Assembly (NCBI GenBank): GCA_030704615.1
Contig: CM060732.1
Location: 15,810,001 to 15,874,000, forward strand
From: Takakia lepidozioides
Lineage: Eukaryota; Plantae; Bryophyta
Direction: 5' to 3'
DNA length: 64,000 nucleotides
Positions 1-14,691 of this stretch are shown here, one piece after another (the stretch's first letter is position 1; the number at the start of each line of letters is the position of its first letter). The notes beneath the pieces are model-generated. The model was not told the DNA's origin and made no database searches. It saw only the letters and a program-made list of their open reading frames with translations. The position numbers and the translations under genes are program-made.

Positions 1-2
1 CT

Positions 3-540
3 TCTCAAATGCATACACCCACAACAGTGCCAACCATAGAATCTACTAAGGTGTTGTGCAGTAACTGGCACCCAGTGCATCTCCCTAGAACTGTCAAGAA
101 AAAGAGTGCGATGCTCACACTGACATCCATCATCCATCCACTTCTCTGTGATTGGATAAAGACTTTTACAGCTTTGGTTTTGCCTGCAATCATGGAAAAA
201 GAAAGCAACCCTAAAACAAAAGTTACCACTGCAGGCAAAACCAAAGCTGCACGGCCAGAAGAGAGGAATGTAATGAAAAAAAAGACAATTTCAATTTGTG
301 GCCCGTTCGCAAAGTGAGTATCCCAGACTCTGAGCATTGCAGCTGCGTGTAATTCTTACCAAGAAGCATCCATTTTGTGTACTCCTCAAATGCATACACC
401 CACAACAGTGCCAACCATAGAATCTACTAAGGCTCACCCAGTGGATCTCCCCAGAACTGTCAAGAAAAAGAGTGCGATACTCACAGTGACATCCATCATC
501 CATCCACTTCTCTGTGATTGGATAAAAACTTTTACATCCA
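3..540. repeat. Direct repeat, two ~160-bp copies ~380 bp apart (may continue left of the window)
   Basis: ctcaaatgcatacacccacaacagtgccaaccatagaatctactaagg...catccatcatccatccacttctctgtgattggataaa occurs at ~4-167 and ~385-537; the second copy has a small internal deletion. Confidence 0.85.
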
Positions 541-1428
541 ATTGTTTCCTAGTTTAAAATGAAATCACCTAACTACAGGATACAACGGACAGGACAGCGG
601 CGGGAACTCAACTACTAAAGGAAAGAGTGAAAGTGAAGCAGAATCTTGAAATGCATCAGAATTATCTTCTTTAAAAAAGTCAGAAATTCAATGGTCATCA
701 ATAATAGCATCCTATGCATGCAGGCAGCCAGAAAATTGAACTGACCCCACTCCGCGCTCTTCTTCTGCAACCATCTAAACTGCCTGCCTAGTTACAACTG
801 ATTGCCCTAATACTAGATGCCGAGGTAAACAATTTGCCTCTACAGTAAATGTTGAACCAGCTGAGCCTCATACTCCTTTCCAGAGGTATTCGCCTAATCT
901 GCAGTAACATTGTAAAGCCTGCTACAGCACATGACAACACCCAAGCAGCTTCCCTTCACAATGCATTTCTCAGATGTACTACAGTTGGTGCCACCTTGAA
1001 ACAACAGTTGGAACCACCTATTAATATAACAAAATGTAACCTTCCCTCAAAACCCTTACCAACTTTCACTCCATAGAACACATGCAGAAACTCTTGGACA
1101 CCACCCCACCCCTTCACAGTTCTTGTAATGGGTCTGGGTTATCATGCCTATGTTTCCATCTCTCACATCGATGTGAAATAACCATACAGCACTCTCTGTT
1201 GTAATATTACTCTGTCTGCTGCATCCAGAACAGTCGCTGGCTACACACACAAGTCCCTGGCATCTGTTATGGGATTATTATTGTGCTACGCCAATATTCT
1301 CTCATGATCCGGAAGTATGAGTACCCCTAATGAAAACATCAACTTTACCCAGTCTGTAGTTGTAATATAAAAGATGTCTACAAGGTTCAACACAACCAAA
1401 CAAACAGTTGAATGTGCCAGGTGCTCAC

Positions 1429-4400
1429 CTAGGACACGACAATAGATGCTGCCGCAATGGAACTCAAGGAAGGGGAGGAGGTTGAAATAGACAGCGGATC
1501 ATTCTGATCCCTGCTTGAACCTGAACCCTCTTTCCCAGGTTTGTCCCTGGCAAGCTTTTCTTTGGCGCTGTGGAAATCATCAATGGTACGGAATTCCTCT
1601 GAAAGTAACCTCTCCAGCTCGGGATGCTTTTTCAGTGGCCTCTTATTCTTGTCCTTGCGGTAGAAGTGAAAGGCCCTGCAGCATAGTTCATCGTTGTTCA
1701 CATACTGTCAGTGACTGGGCAAGCAAGACATACCAGACGCAAGAAAATCACTGCAAACAACTAAGGAGCAATAGCGGTTCCCCTTACATGGAACCTCAGT
1801 GGGAGTACCAACACTGGTGGTGCTCGAGAAAGTACCTTCCTGCCAAAAATCTTCTGATACAACACGCTTCAATTCTAGCCTCAAATATATTGTAGACACC
1901 ACAAGGAGACTTGACAGACCAGATACCTTTATAAAAGCAACAACTATCCAAATAACAAACAGCATACCAATATTTCTCGATTCCATACAGGTTCCCTTTC
2001 TTGTATGCATCCAAAGTAAGTTTTTCGAAGTCCTCATACATATCCTGCTTGAACCTTTGTTCCAGGCCATAACTGCAAACCACAAAACAAACTCTGACAT
2101 CCACAAACCTAATATAAATACACTCATACTGAATTAAATTAATTATCTAATTACAAACAGGTAACACCCCGAGAAACTGTCATCACAACCACAGAAATTG
2201 ACTAAAATGGGGCTCAACAGAGAGAAGGGTGTGGACCCAGCGGCTCCTTTCATGGTTTGACATGGGCATGCTGGGGGGGCATCCATAAATGAACAGATTA
2301 TATCTCAGCATAAGCTGTGTGCAACAGATGCACTCCGCAATAGTTGCCTCCGCTGTATTTGACACAGATTGAGTTGAATATAGGAAAGCAATGGTGCAAA
2401 CAGACCTATTTGAAAGGTGCCCTTAAGAGTAGTAGACAGCCTATCATAAAACAGGTCACTTGGTGATGACTCCAGTGCTTTAAACCATGAGCATCTTTCT
2501 CACCTTTAGACAAAAAGAAAATGTGGACCCATAAATCTGCCGTCAACTTCAACCCCCGCAAGTAAAGGGTTGAATAAGAAGGTGAAACTTGGATACTTGG
2601 TAATATGGTCCCCTTGGCAGCCAATGGTCGAGCTCACACTCACACTCCACATGGTCTAGATTGAGAGAGCAATAGTCTTTTAAGGTATTTGGAAGGGTTG
2701 ACTATAGTCCTTCCAGGTGGTCTAGAGTGTTCTGCTGCAAGGCCCCACATGCTCTATATATATAATTCCTGCTCCAGGGTTCCTGCAGCCTGCTTCCTTG
2801 CCCAAAGGGAAAAGGGCAATAGTTGCAGAGGCAAAGGCCCAGCAAGTACTGCCAACCTGCAGTTTAAAAATCTCGTGACAAAGCAAGACACATAGTTTCA
2901 TCTCCAGTGTCTAGGACAATATGTCATAAAAAGTCCTTTCACAACTCCAGGTCTCACAATCTATTTACGTCAATAATTGGTCTAGACTTCAGTTTCCCAC
3001 CTGTAGAATCTGAAGAGGCATTCCATGCCATAATTGTAATTAGCAGCAGCATCCTCCTCTGCAAGCTTCAGAAACCCATTGTACATGGAGCGATTGAAGT
3101 TGGTCCGCAAGAAGTATGACCAGAACCGAAATAAAGTGTTTATTTCCTGCACAGAAACCAACAGCACCACATCCATACCTTAGCTTGGGTTCATAAAGAA
3201 CCGTCGTGTATGATTTTCAACATTTAGAGTTCTCGATTCTGTACAGATTGGGTGCAGTGTGGGATTAAGAGCACCTAATGGTCCCCCATAAAACACCACT
3301 ACAGAAACCTTCCGTGAGGGTATGAATACTGTGGTATAATCTGTTTCACTCATCATCCTAAAGGAGAGTACCTGCTTCACTGCTTTGGCCACTAAAATCC
3401 TTCCACTACACTCCTCCCAGCCATCTTTACCACATGTAATATATTTCACCCACAAATCATGCATTCTCAGGGAAGCAGAAAAGATGAGTATCTTAGTGTC
3501 ACCAAAGAAGGTACAACTCTCAAACCTGATTAGTATTCCTTACTGTTGTCTCCAAAGTTATTTGCCAGCAGGTGCTACACAAGAGTGTCTCAATGCCAAA
3601 AGTTTGAGATATCTTTAACAGCTGGAAGATTTTGAAAATTCTATTGAACAATTTATGAATCACGAACCTTGATGTATGGGCCAGCTAAAAAGCAGAAATG
3701 ACACCACTGATTGCAGGGAAAAAATGTATGACCTCGGACACTTCTACTACAAGGTTGAGTATTTCTTGTGCAGTCAGAATAGCTGCTCAGAACAAACTTG
3801 CTTGAATATTCTTGATGGAAAAGAATCTTGAGTTAGGACAACTAAAAATCTGTGTCAACAAGATTTCCTGCGGGTTTCCATGTGCAGGACGAGGTAAGTA
3901 AAGATGCAAAAAGTTGGGTTCCATAAATGCCCACCACTATAGAGAGCTAGGTGAAGTCCAGTATTAGTGAGAGCAACTGTTTTGGTAAGTCCAGCAAATT
4001 CAGCATTGACAGGGCCTGTTGTAAAGTATGACTGCAGACCGCAAAAGCAGGTAACAAAGAGAACTCACCTTGGACTCCACTTTTGTGGGTTAAGAGCCTT
4101 GACAATGGGTTCATGCCCGTGCACAAAGAGCATGATTGCTTAGGTTCCACATCCACAGGTTGTACAGTTATGGTATTGAGTAGTTCGTAGCTGTCAATCC
4201 ACTTGTGGACAAATTACCGCTTCCCTTCAGTGTTCAATAAGGTAGAGAACGACTCCATATATATACCAAATTCCCCTGATTATCACTTGACTCCAAAAAT
4301 AATAGGGTAAGCATAACCTCACAAAGGAGCTTTGGATCGTTCCAACAGTTATGTTCAACTCTAGATCATAGTGATGGTAGGTATTTTTTCATGTAAGTAC

Positions 4401-7400
4401 AAGTTATAGCTACAGAACATAAAACTTACTTCACTTTGACATTTGGTTTGGCTTCTTCCATTTGCTGGATGTTGATGGCTCAATGGTACTGCCCAGCTTA
4501 CTCTCCAATATGAAACATTTTTACACTGTATGCTTTTTCCTCCATAACAAACGTCCAACCCTGTAGCCCAAGAGAAAAAGAGGGAAAAGTTTGTCTGCCA
4601 GGGCAGAGAAGACGAAATGAAATAGAACTCCAGGGTTGTTGCCTCTGTGGTACATGTATTATCACCTCTTTGTTCTTGGTCTCTTACAAGCCGTTTTGAA
4701 CTGGACCAGTGAGACTGATACCAACAAATGCGACACAAACCCGTGGAATAAATCAGTCAGTGACCCAAGAGAAAATCATTCTCTCGTTTATGACTTGTGC
4801 CACAGCATAACCTCTCTTCAGACTCCCTTTTTCTCACTGTGTATTCTGAAGATGGGAAACCGAAGATTCAGTGATTGGCAACTACCCTGGTTCTCCAGTT
4901 CATAAAGGAAGGCTGGCAATTCATGGTTGCCTGTATTAGAGATAGTATTTATAAGACACAATTTAGAGTCTACGATCATCCTAGGTGCATAGTGGAGAAC
5001 ACATAATGGCCTCTGGTGGCCAGTGTTATGGGTCATGGCTTTCTTTGTGGATTCAGAAGTAAGAATTTATGTTAGAAAGGAATAACAGGTCCATGGCATC
5101 AGACCGTGACTACCCAGTACCTGCTTATTCCACATTTTGCCGTGAGTGCCCCACATTGCAGGGTATCCATGGTGCCACAGCCCAGAGGGCACTTCAAAGA
5201 AATTGAGGATCTGACCAGCAATAAAAGAAGGTACTGAAGACCACACCAACACAAAAGCTCAGAAATACGAAAAAAGGAAAGAATTACCTCACTGCAGCCG
5301 ACGCCTACCCGCTTCCGCTCAGCCAAACACCTCTTGTAAAACTTGGCATACCTGCACCCCCCATTACAGTAAAATAGAAATATTACATAAAAATTTGAGG
5401 AAAGGAGATCAGCAGGAGTGTGGCTTGGTTCTTGACTGAAATGATCCACCAACCCACTACCCCTTATCTCTCCAATTCTCTCCACTCTCTGCCTTGTCCT
5501 CCCCAAAACTTTGGTGACCCCAACTTGGTTACCAAAGATTTTGAGATGGCTCTGTCGACAGGAGGATGCTCAGTTGGAGAACTTGATACATACAAGGTAA
5601 CACACAAATCAAATGGGAACATATTTAGACTTAAACTGCATACACACCAGATGACCAATTATGCACAACCAGACGTACCTGCAAGGAGACAGGCATCACT
5701 ACCCTTGACTCTGATGAGGACAGGGGGTAAAAGAGGAGGAGGAGGGGATTGTTTAGTGCCGAACACCACTGTCACACAGCAATTCCAACAAAAAAAGCTC
5801 GGGGAACATGTCTATTGATGGATGAGGGCGCACTTTTGTTGTTTGAAACCATTGTCCTCAAGGAGTGCATGGCTGGGATGCTGAAAATGTGGGAATGATT
5901 TGGGCACGGATCCAACCGGTGGACTACTGCCTGGCACAAAGCTGCTCATGGGTGAAGTGCAATAGGGAGATGAACCCAACCGTGCTCCTGATCCAACAGA
6001 CGATGACAGATTCCCAGCGCTACTGCAAACACCACCACAAAGTTCATATTAATGTTCTGATTGATAGTCATCACTACCACTACAATATCTATGCAAGTCC
6101 CTGTCACCCTGGATACAAGAAACACCTGGAAATCATAAGATAGAAATAACCACCGATTTCCAAACATCCTGAAAGCAGAAGTCTATTTTCCACTCATGCC
6201 GTAATATATGGACAAGGCTGTTGAGCAACCAAGCACCCATCATGGCAAATAAGATAGCAGGATTCTCCAAGAAGTGAAAGCGCGGTGGTGAATTTGCATG
6301 ATATGCCCACTTGGGGACTCGTAACCTTGAAAAAAGAACTGGCAAAAAGGGAGATGCAAAAATCAGACATTGCCATATAAGCTCAAATCGGAACACGAAC
6401 CCCTCCCTTTCATCGCCCTTCCATTCGATTAAGCAGAAGATCGGATGTATCTACTTCCAGTGAAAAGACCAACCTCTGGTTGTCAGGAGGAGTTGAGCCA
6501 AAGAAGAACCCAACAGAATCACTAGGAGGGCTGTCATCGGTTCTTGATGTGCTGTGCCTACTGCGATGACCCGCTTCACGGGGGTCGCCTGGGAATAGGC
6601 GCTGCTGCTGCGTGAACCGAGACATCTTATATTGGCCCCTGGCAGGCCGCAGTGGTCCCTGGCCCTCGGAACCACTGCTTCCTGTTTGCAAGCGGCCTGC
6701 GCTATCATTCAAACTGGTGCCTGGGTCTGCACAGGCCACCTTGCATACCTGTCCTCCACTGTTGCGCTTCGATTGGCGCTGCCACAACTCCTGTGCATCC
6801 CATCACAAACAACCAATTCTTGTTCCTTGTGATGAGCATGGGTAAATCTGCTACTATCTAATAGCATCTCAAAAGCTAAACCACATCTCAGGACTTTTGA
6901 GGTTCTTTACAAGCATATATTGTTGTAAGGGAACCCAGCTAGAGAAAGCCCATGTGGGAAGCAGCCCTGAAAGATTCCACATATTGAGCATACAGTAGGA
7001 TGGAAAAGAGTGGCGCGAATAAACAAGGGGCACTCGCAGAAGAAAAAACTGCACACCTCTTCATAAAAGTAGAGGCCATCATTGATTACAGACACAAGCT
7101 CATCTGAAATGGCCTTTCGTCCATGGTCACGTCCATCCGGGCCTTTACGGTCTCCTCGATTTGGCTTCCGACTCTACACAAGAGCAACACCAATCAAACC
7201 GAATTGGACGAATGAGAATGACATCCTCTTGAATTTCATACTCCAAAGGAAGTTGGAGAGAAAACAGAAGGGGACGGAGAGGTCCAGCCCCAGAAATTTA
7301 ATCTAGCTTACAGCCTGGTTGGACTGCCAGTTTCAGTGGAACTTAGTGGGTAATACCACGTTTCTACTCGTGGCTTTGCATAAGCTTCAACACCTGACAG

Positions 7401-10400
7401 GGACCATACCTGGGTGACAATGATCAGTCGTTGTACATCACCATCATTCACTTCTGAGTTGTCATCCTCCTCATCACGACTGCAAGAAACACAGCTTATT
7501 ATGACCAGAACAAAACGAAGTAAACAACAACGACAGAAATGCTCATAACAAACTCAATACTTTTGCCTTACCAGTAAACTTGTAAGAGACACATAGAAAG
7601 CTAGAGCTAATCAGTGCTATCACTCAAGACCCAACGCCGGTAAAGAAAACCAACGCCGACTTTGCCCTCACCAGCTACTGCAGTGCACCTCTGTCAAACA
7701 CAGAAGTGTCCCACTGCCATTCCAGCAGGCAGAACTCGATAAAATGCTCCAGCCACCACAGCATCTCCATTGAACGTAAAACATCTTCAACAAAATAACT
7801 CAGAATCCTCAGAACAAATGCAGACGTAGTGCCTTATGTCAATTTGAACGCAGTTCTAAAACAGAAGTGTCCAATAGAAACCCACTAGAAATCAGACCTT
7901 TTGGTGAGAGAGGGATGGTCTGTAACAGATGACTGCCCTGGAGACTCAAGTTCTTCGTCTAACTGAAAAGTGTCCTCATCGTGACTGTCTTTGGCTTTAA
8001 ATGCAGCAGACAATCCCCCTGTTGTTTGCTGAACAAGCCGCGAAGTAGGTGGTCGCTTGTTGCTGGAGCCCCGCCGCTTTGTACCATGACGCAAGGAGAC
8101 TGTCAACCAGTCTCCATCATCAGCTGCAACACCACTCTCTAATTTGGTTTCGGATATGGAAGATGGAGAATCTGCATCTCCCTCAGTCTCCAGATTTGGT
8201 CTCCATCCATCCATTGTTTGTAGCATAATGTCCCTCCTTTCTTCACTCTCTGTTGAGACAGATGCATTTGCTACACCATTTCTTGTGTCTGAATATGGTA
8301 CAGAGTCTCCCTCAGGCTCTCCAAGAGAAACCACACCAACAAGATCCACTTGGGGCATATGATTTGCAGGAGCAACCCCATCTTTTGAGAGGGCCTCTTC
8401 AATGATTTGCCCCTCTTCACCACATTGCAACTGCACTGCCCTCTCTGCTCCTGCAGCATTATCAATTTTATCAAAATTTGGAGGCGTCCAGAAATACTGC
8501 TGAAATGCACTGGCAGATTCAACACTCCTGCGACATGCAGATATATGCACCCCAGAAAGTGAGAATTGTTTGCCAAGTTCGGAAGACACTTCAACAAATG
8601 CTTTATCAAGTTGTATACCTAGTTACAGAATTGGCAGAGCTAGACCTTTTGGATCAACTTCCAACTTTTACTTACAGACCTGCAGTTTTAGAGGCTGGAT
8701 GCCTCTCCCCCAACACCTTGGCACTGACAGACTCTGTCCTTGGGTCAAGATATGTTTGTGTTTCTGAGCCAATTGCCAGACTTCTAAATGACTCGTCCCT
8801 GTTTTCCTCTTCAACATGCTTGCTCTCAAACACACTTTTGCTTGGAGTCCTGATTGGAGGATCCTCAGGTCCAGCCTTCCCCGCATGAGCCTCGATCCCT
8901 CTACTAGCACAACTAGAAATCACCGTAGCTGCAGTGTAGTGACTGGGTGGAAGCAGCCAATTCGCCCAATCATTGCGCTTACGTAACTTATCCCCCTGCA
9001 TCACAACCCCTTCAGTTACTGAAAAACCATCTGCAACGTTCGCCAATCTTGTCAACAGTTGGGAATAGAGCGGAGACCAATGATGGCACAGAAGAGGTCC
9101 TTTGATCAAAGAATTGAGGCAGGGCTTTTCAGAGTGCATGATAACCTTGAGACAGTAAACAGAGTAATTTGCCACTCGGGATCGTCACCAGTAATTGTAG
9201 TCCAATGATTTAAAGAACACAATTTGAAAGTAGCATCATGTTAGTCTATTCTAAAGCCAAGTTGATAAGGACATGTCTACAACTCCTGGTCCTCTTCCCT
9301 GCTCACATAGATTTAGCTTGGGGTCCAAGGAACTTTGACACCCCACCAGATTGGAACAGACAGGGACATTGCTACTCCACAAACATCCGCTCCAAAAGAG
9401 AAAACCTCAAACTGATGAGAATACCTGAAGCCCCAGTTTCAGTCATTAGTTATCATATTAAAAAACCTGCAACTTCAGGGCAGATGCAAGAAAGCAACAA
9501 TCTACAAGAAATACCTGCAATTCAACAACAGCAGAATTGTGAAGGGCATCCAGGACGACAGCAATGTCCCCAGTTAACATGCGCACCTGCCATCCCTCCT
9601 TTCCATTCCATCAGTTGCACCTCCCTTCACACACACCGGTAAGCAATCAGCCCACTAAACTAGCAGGACACTTGACACTCGATGGTTCCACAACGCTACA
9701 GTCACAAGCAGCAACACTATTATAGATCAGGAGACTCTTTTGTAGCAGGATATACTGGGAATCATGCTCAGTGCAAGTCATGGAGATTTGAGTCTCAAGG
9801 GAGACAGTATTTGGTTGAACTTGAGGGAGCTGGCTGAATTGTATGGTAGAAATCAATCGTAGTTGTCTGGAAGTGTTAACTATAGACTGTGATTCCTTTC
9901 TTACATTATACAATGTCACACCTGATCCAAAATCAAGGACTCACATTATAGAAAATTTTTAGTGTACTAACCCTGTTGAAGCTTGCTATGACAGACACTT
10001 GGATAAACCCTTCCTCATCCATCTTGGATCGTAAAAAAACATCCCTGCATAGATTCTCAATGCTGCATACCAAAAAAACACCCCTTGGTCTTACTCCACA
10101 AGCAAATAACACAATTAGACGAGGATTCTACAAGACCAAACACAACTGTAACATCCGTGATCAACTTGTCAACGGCAAGCTGCTCCTGTGCAACTACACT
10201 TCACTTGACTAGCACATACAGAAGAAGCCCTTCAAAATGCATGACTTCTTCCCTTGAGCACCACACCATTATGGATGTAATCAATTGGTCAGAACATTGC
10301 ACTCCACCAATTGTACTCCACCAAGGCAGCTGATGGTCTGAACTCCATAGAGTGTCTCTTTCGAGTCCATGCACAGTACCTTGTATGCAGACTATCCTTC

Positions 10401-13277
10401 AGTGGCAATTGGCCTAGCCACTGATACTATGCCAACCTCAAGCATGTGACGGCTCCACAGTTCTACAGTATGGCTTGTGGCAGTTCAGAATTTGAAGTGA
10501 CAATGAGTCTGAGTGACTATACTGTTGCTGTTAACAACTGAAGATGCACATAGTCAAGAGCTAGTGCTTAAATAAAGGCAGCCTGGCTCACCTAGGCAAA
10601 TCAAGTCAGAAATTTGAATCCAAAGAAGACAGGGCAATATAAACAATTTGATCTACAACGAGTCACCCACCCAACCTAACTCGAATCCTTACCACCGGAC
10701 AACAGGAAGTACTTGCCTGAAGTAGTAGTCAATTTGCTTCACCAACATGCCTCGTAAAGGTGGGACAGGGTCAGCTACCTCTCCTGGAGATGCTCCAGGT
10801 GGGAAATATCCACGTCCACTTCCATGACCTGCTGGCACATAGTACATGTTTCCTGGCACACCTGCATTATAAGACTCATGTCTTGGTTTTCTGCAGTTGT
10901 GAGAATAAGAACATGGACAAAGCCAAAAGCACTTGGTTCATAGGAGGTGGAATTTGCATCTCAGATGCATGTATCTCTTGAGCTTTAGGTATTCTGAAAC
11001 CTCAGCAGAGACGTCTATGAAACCCTGAAAACCAATAGTGCTAGAGCTAGTCATAGGGAACTAGATCACAACATTTTTCACTCTTTGCTGGGCACCCTAG
11101 TAAGGAAAGGCAATGAAGAACTGTGGCGTCCAGCATTCAAGCATAATACAAGTGGGCACTGGCATGCTGTAATAGGAAGAACAGGCCTGACACAGGAGTA
11201 ACAATAGCCATTAATTAAAAGAAAAAACCTCCCAGATATATTACAGCACCTGAATAGGCTTATCTTAGTCGAAATTCCCTTGATACTATCAACCATTTTG
11301 TGCACCTGGATAAACTACTGTTTGCCAGGCTCTTCAGATCTGGGAAGCCACAACCATCAGGAAGCCATTGTCACAAGATCCATGGAGACCTCTGGCCACA
11401 ACGTACTGTGCTCTAGCTGTTCCCCCAGGAAATGGAGAAGCATTCAATTTGAAGGCACAATCACAAACCTGCAGTGTTGATAAAGCCTGCAGAGTTGTTG
11501 TTTATATAATTGGTGCGGTTGGGATAATTTCTAGGACCAACTCGCTGCTGCGCACCAGGAGCATTAGAGTCTCTCCCACCATTATTACTATTCACATAGA
11601 GGCGATGCTGGTGCCATCCATGGTTGTGGCCACCCTGACCCAGCTCTCGAAAGTTGCGTCGAGTACCAAAACTACCAGCAAAACTCCCGGCATTTCTATT
11701 ATGGTACAACCAACTTCGATCATTAATCCCAGCACTCCCAGTAGTTGACTTTACGCCCCCGTCACTGCTTTTGAAGGCTGTTTCAGACTGCGCCTCCCCC
11801 AGACTTGTCACATCTAGTTGAACACCAGCTGCAATGGGTGCGGGTGGTATTGAGCCATTCACAGAAGGGGCTGTCCGTGGGCCCTTTCTACCCACTCTCT
11901 GCCTGCTTCCTGTTGGTGCTATGTTATGAGAATTGCTGCTGCTGCTGCTGGTTGTCCTTCGCACCCCAGCTGATTCCTGGTCCATCCCCAATCACTCGTT
12001 CGCAAATAAATGTTTAATTTTCAAAACCCTAGGAAATAACATGCAAGGTACATACATCAATCCATCAGTATTTATATTTGAGTATTTGAGTATCGCCTGG
12101 AGTGGCAACCCTGCCAACCTGGCATCGCACTCCTTTCTTGGTGAGTTAGTGGCCTGGGATCAACATTTGAGTCAAGAAGCCCTATGTCAGCTGTGCTATG
12201 TGCTTGACAGCAGTCTGCTTGGATGAGGCCATTGTCGTCCAAATGTGGAAAACCACTCAGAAATCATGGACAACGTGGCATTAAATTTCATCCCTGCTTG
12301 GTAAACCTACAATCACATAGGTTGGAAGTAAAAAAGAAGAGAAAACAGATTAAAATCAGCCTTGCAAATCGCAAGACCAATGCTGCAACCTGTGGCACAA
12401 GTATAGACATCCTGGATGCAGTAAGAAAAATCGGGCCATTTAGGTACTTATTGTCAGGCTCTCAGGTGCCCTGCGTTCATTCAAGCTTTCGTGTGATGGA
12501 AAATGCAAGCAATGAAATCATGACGTAGAAGCAAACCTGCTCAGAGGGGCCACTGTCCAAGGGCATGGAAGGAATAGCAGGTTTGGAAGGCTCAGAGGGG
12601 GACTTGGGGCTGCGAGCATCAGCCAATGCAGGCCATGAGACTGCTCCCATCACAGGACCAACGGTGGGCACCTTCCCCGCATCAATGCTCGGTTTCTTCC
12701 AGGCAGGTTTGGTAGGCTTGACAGAGTTCTCTATGGTCGCGTGGGTAGTATTACTTGTAATGGGAGGTGGAGAATGTGAGTTTCCTTGCTCTCCTTTTCT
12801 GGTGAAAGCCTCCATCTGATTCAGTCCCTCAGTTTGTTGGCCGACCTCTGGTTGTGTGCTCTCCAGTTTCTTCTTGATCCCTGGTGACGAAGAGGAAGCC
12901 GCAGGGCCAGCGGATAGTGCGAAGGTGGACGGCGAGGGCTGCTCTGCACTAGGCAGAATCGATTGACCTTGAATTAGTCGCTTAGATGCAAGGTTCTCTC
13001 CATTAGCCGTGGTCGGACGAGGAGGGCCACTAGAGGACGGGTACGAGCCAGTGGCCACCTCAGGAGCTTGTGCCTCCACTTGACCGCGCACCACTTGAGA
13101 CCATGCCCCCTTAAGCCGTGTTCCTACCCCTATCAGCCGGCCCTTGGTACCGCCATTGCTCCTCTCACTCTGTGGCAATGAAGATGACGATTCTTCTGAA
13201 GGAGGGGCTGGCGCCGCTGTGGCAGCCTGGGTAGAGGACGAAAGCGGCGCAGGGGAGGGCGTGTTCGGAGACGTCAT
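1429..13277 (-). CDS. LARP1: La-related protein 1 (La motif + DM15/LARP1 domain), 15 coding exons, ~1226 aa
   Basis: Manually spliced exons with consistent phases: 13277-12537, 11976-11469, 10861-10717, 10062-9972, 9586-9515, 8995-8680, 8450-7898, 7479-7410, 7173-7057, 6790-6474, 6022-5834, 5351-5288, 3146-3001, 2072-1968, 1675-1429 (sum 3681 nt). La motif: [10 protein letters not shown]|[30 protein letters not shown]|VRMLT...|GDKLRKR. LARP1 hallmarks: [88 protein letters not shown]. The acceptors of exons 2 and 7 are the least certain. Confidence 0.95.
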
Positions 13278-13919
13278 ACCTTCCCCCCGCCCCGCCCTCT
13301 CGCCAAATGCAATGTTTCTGTCCCCTTTAAGTTTCTCCTCCCCTTTTTCACATATCGACCATCCTGATCCAGCCAGCCAGCTCCTCTATTCCTGCGGACG
13401 GGCCCCCCTCCGCCCTGCACTTCTCCTCATCTCGCTTCCCCTTCACTTCCTCTCCCCTTCACTTCCTCTCCGCTCTCCCAAATCCTCCACAAACAACTTC
13501 ACACCCCAGGGCTGCGGCCCGCCTCACAATAGCATCAATCTCTCTCAAATCCACACTCCAGGGCTCTCCGCGGGGAGCATGGGAAGAGGGGGCAGGTAAG
13601 CTACCTATCCATGATGCCTGCTTGCCTCGCTGCTGTGTCTTTTGTTGGCCTTGCCCTCCTAGAGGCAGGACTACGCAAAGGCTTTTGATGCTTAGCACCG
13701 ATACTCGCTATTAAGTTCGGAATTAGATGGTGACACGTGTAAGGGGAATATTCTGCCCATATTTGTAATGAATGAAATCCCTGGATGAATAGTTTCATGC
13801 ATGCGTCACAGGTTGTGCTAAGGTAGATTTCTGCAGCTCGTCAGGTGGCTATAGCGAGAAAATCTCCCGAGTGATTCATAAGGAAAACTTCTATAGCGAT
13901 TCAGAGGGAGTGTCCAAAC

Positions 13920-14691
13920 CAGTGTTGGCCGGGTACCATGTTTTGAGCCCTCTCCCGGTCCCGGTTATGGCGTACTCTTTGAAAAAAATGGATGGCCGGG
14001 GCAGGGTATACCAATAGCTTTGAAAAACATCTCGGTTACAGGTTCTCAATAAACACATGGATTTTTTTTTGTCCGGTTCTCAATCTATCAGTTATGCCAT
14101 CTTAAAAAATGCCGGTTCCATGGTACCGGTTATGGGATTCATCCACTTTTATTTACTTTTTACTTTTTCTAGCATTTTTGTGTATGTGTGTAAAACTATA
14201 CACAAAAGGGCTTTGGCCTGTGATAAGCCACTACAGTATTAGTTGTGGGTCTGGGGTTTCAAAGTTCAAACGTTCAACCATGTCATCTATCTCTCTACCC
14301 CTCTAATACACTAAGCTTACAACTTACAACTATTGTCTTAGCCAAATGCCAAATGCCTAACTAATTAATTTCCCACTTGGACATTCTCATTAATGTTGTG
14401 CACCTAATCTCCCCAACATTGTAATTTCATAACTACCATCACTAACCCTTACACTTGTATTATCTAGAACCGCCTCTACACCATCCACATTTGCTCCGGA
14501 TCTTGCTCCGGGTATAACACCCTTATAATCACCATGCCGGTTCTCTAGCCGGTTAGGAAGCTCGATTTTTTTTCCGGTTCCCTTCCATAGCCGGTTCCTG
14601 CGGGGGCTGCACTTTCCGGTTATGCACATGTGCATAACCGGCAAATAACCGCCGGATATTCATGTCAAGATGCCGTACCCGGCCAACACTG
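13920..14691. mobile_element. Non-autonomous hAT element (MITE), 772 bp, upstream of LARP1
   Basis: 17-bp perfect TIR cagtgttggccgggtac / gtacccggccaacactg; 8-bp TSD gtccaaac at 13912-13919 and 14692-14699; many subterminal ccggtt motifs; no long ORF. Confidence 0.93.

Noticed and set aside
5-503. Fragment of a PAP2/sphingoid-phosphate phosphatase gene in the left-end repeat
   Set aside because: Only a vague hydrophobic resemblance across broken frames, with no intact catalytic motif.
13144-13599. Divergent or antisense 151-aa gene overlapping the LARP1 start
   Set aside because: No ATG start; low-complexity antisense reading of exon 1 and the GA-rich 5' UTR.
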